From NCBI GenBank assembly GCA_963666205.1, contig OY762654.1, positions 128,001 through 192,000 on the forward strand: a stretch of 64,000 bases of DNA, given 5' to 3'. The position numbers and the translations under genes were made by a program. Position 1 is the first letter of the stretch; every line of letters begins with the position of its first letter. Below the pieces are notes generated by a model. The model made no database searches. It saw only the letters and a list, made by a program, of their open reading frames with translations, and was not told the DNA's origin. Source of the stretch: Synergistales bacterium. Its GTDB lineage: Bacteria; Synergistota; Synergistia; Synergistales; JAFGMB01. Below, in pieces: positions 63,940-64,000 of this stretch.

Positions 63940-64000
63940 TATGCACAAACCTCATTTTCAGGGTCTAACTTCGTGCCGGCCATCATCAATCCAATGGATT
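63939..64000 (-). CDS. C-terminal end of an ABC ATP-binding protein (partial)
   Basis: Hand translation SIGLMMAGTKLDPENEVCA*. IGLMMAG is typical of CUT2 ATPase C-termini; TAATG overlap with the permease. Confidence 0.7.
   Translation of the reverse strand, partial: SIGLMMAGTKLDPENEVCA

Overview
A gene-dense, mostly minus-strand core-chromosome segment from an anaerobic bacterium. Synergistota-like is my inference from the TAXI-type TRAP/DUF1850 pair, the DUF3798 ABC importer, the A/V-type ATPase and the Firmicutes-like gene order. Contents in order: folC(partial)-valS-engB-lon-clpX-clpP-tig; tRNA-Leu; a five-gene DUF3798 ABC importer; a seven-tRNA cluster; rqcH; rluA-dksA-like-ileS; a TRAP fused permease plus DUF1850; tRNA-Arg(CCT); the rimP-nusA-infB-rbfA-truB-ribF operon; guaB, ispDF, PIN/TRAM, recR, ybaB and rlmH; a complete A/V-type ATPase operon led by a glycosyltransferase fusion and a CBS protein; serS, ribDEAH and uvrC; cysS, queT, clpB; and the end of a nucleoside/sugar ABC operon. 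I saw no CRISPR array, rRNA or intact mobile element. The most notable signals are five. (1) A frameshifted tyrosine-integrase remnant at the tRNA-Arg(CCT) 3' end, where the TAXI binding-protein gene would be expected. (2) A WecA/MraY-like membrane domain lacking its catalytic motifs, fused to an intact TagA/WecG domain. (3) A standalone CBS protein coupled to the ATPase operon, whose c subunit carries an extra Glu. (4) Two tRNA-Arg genes that differ at only 3 positions. (5) Inverted CtsR-like boxes over the clpB promoter. Family names come from motif recognition, not database searches.
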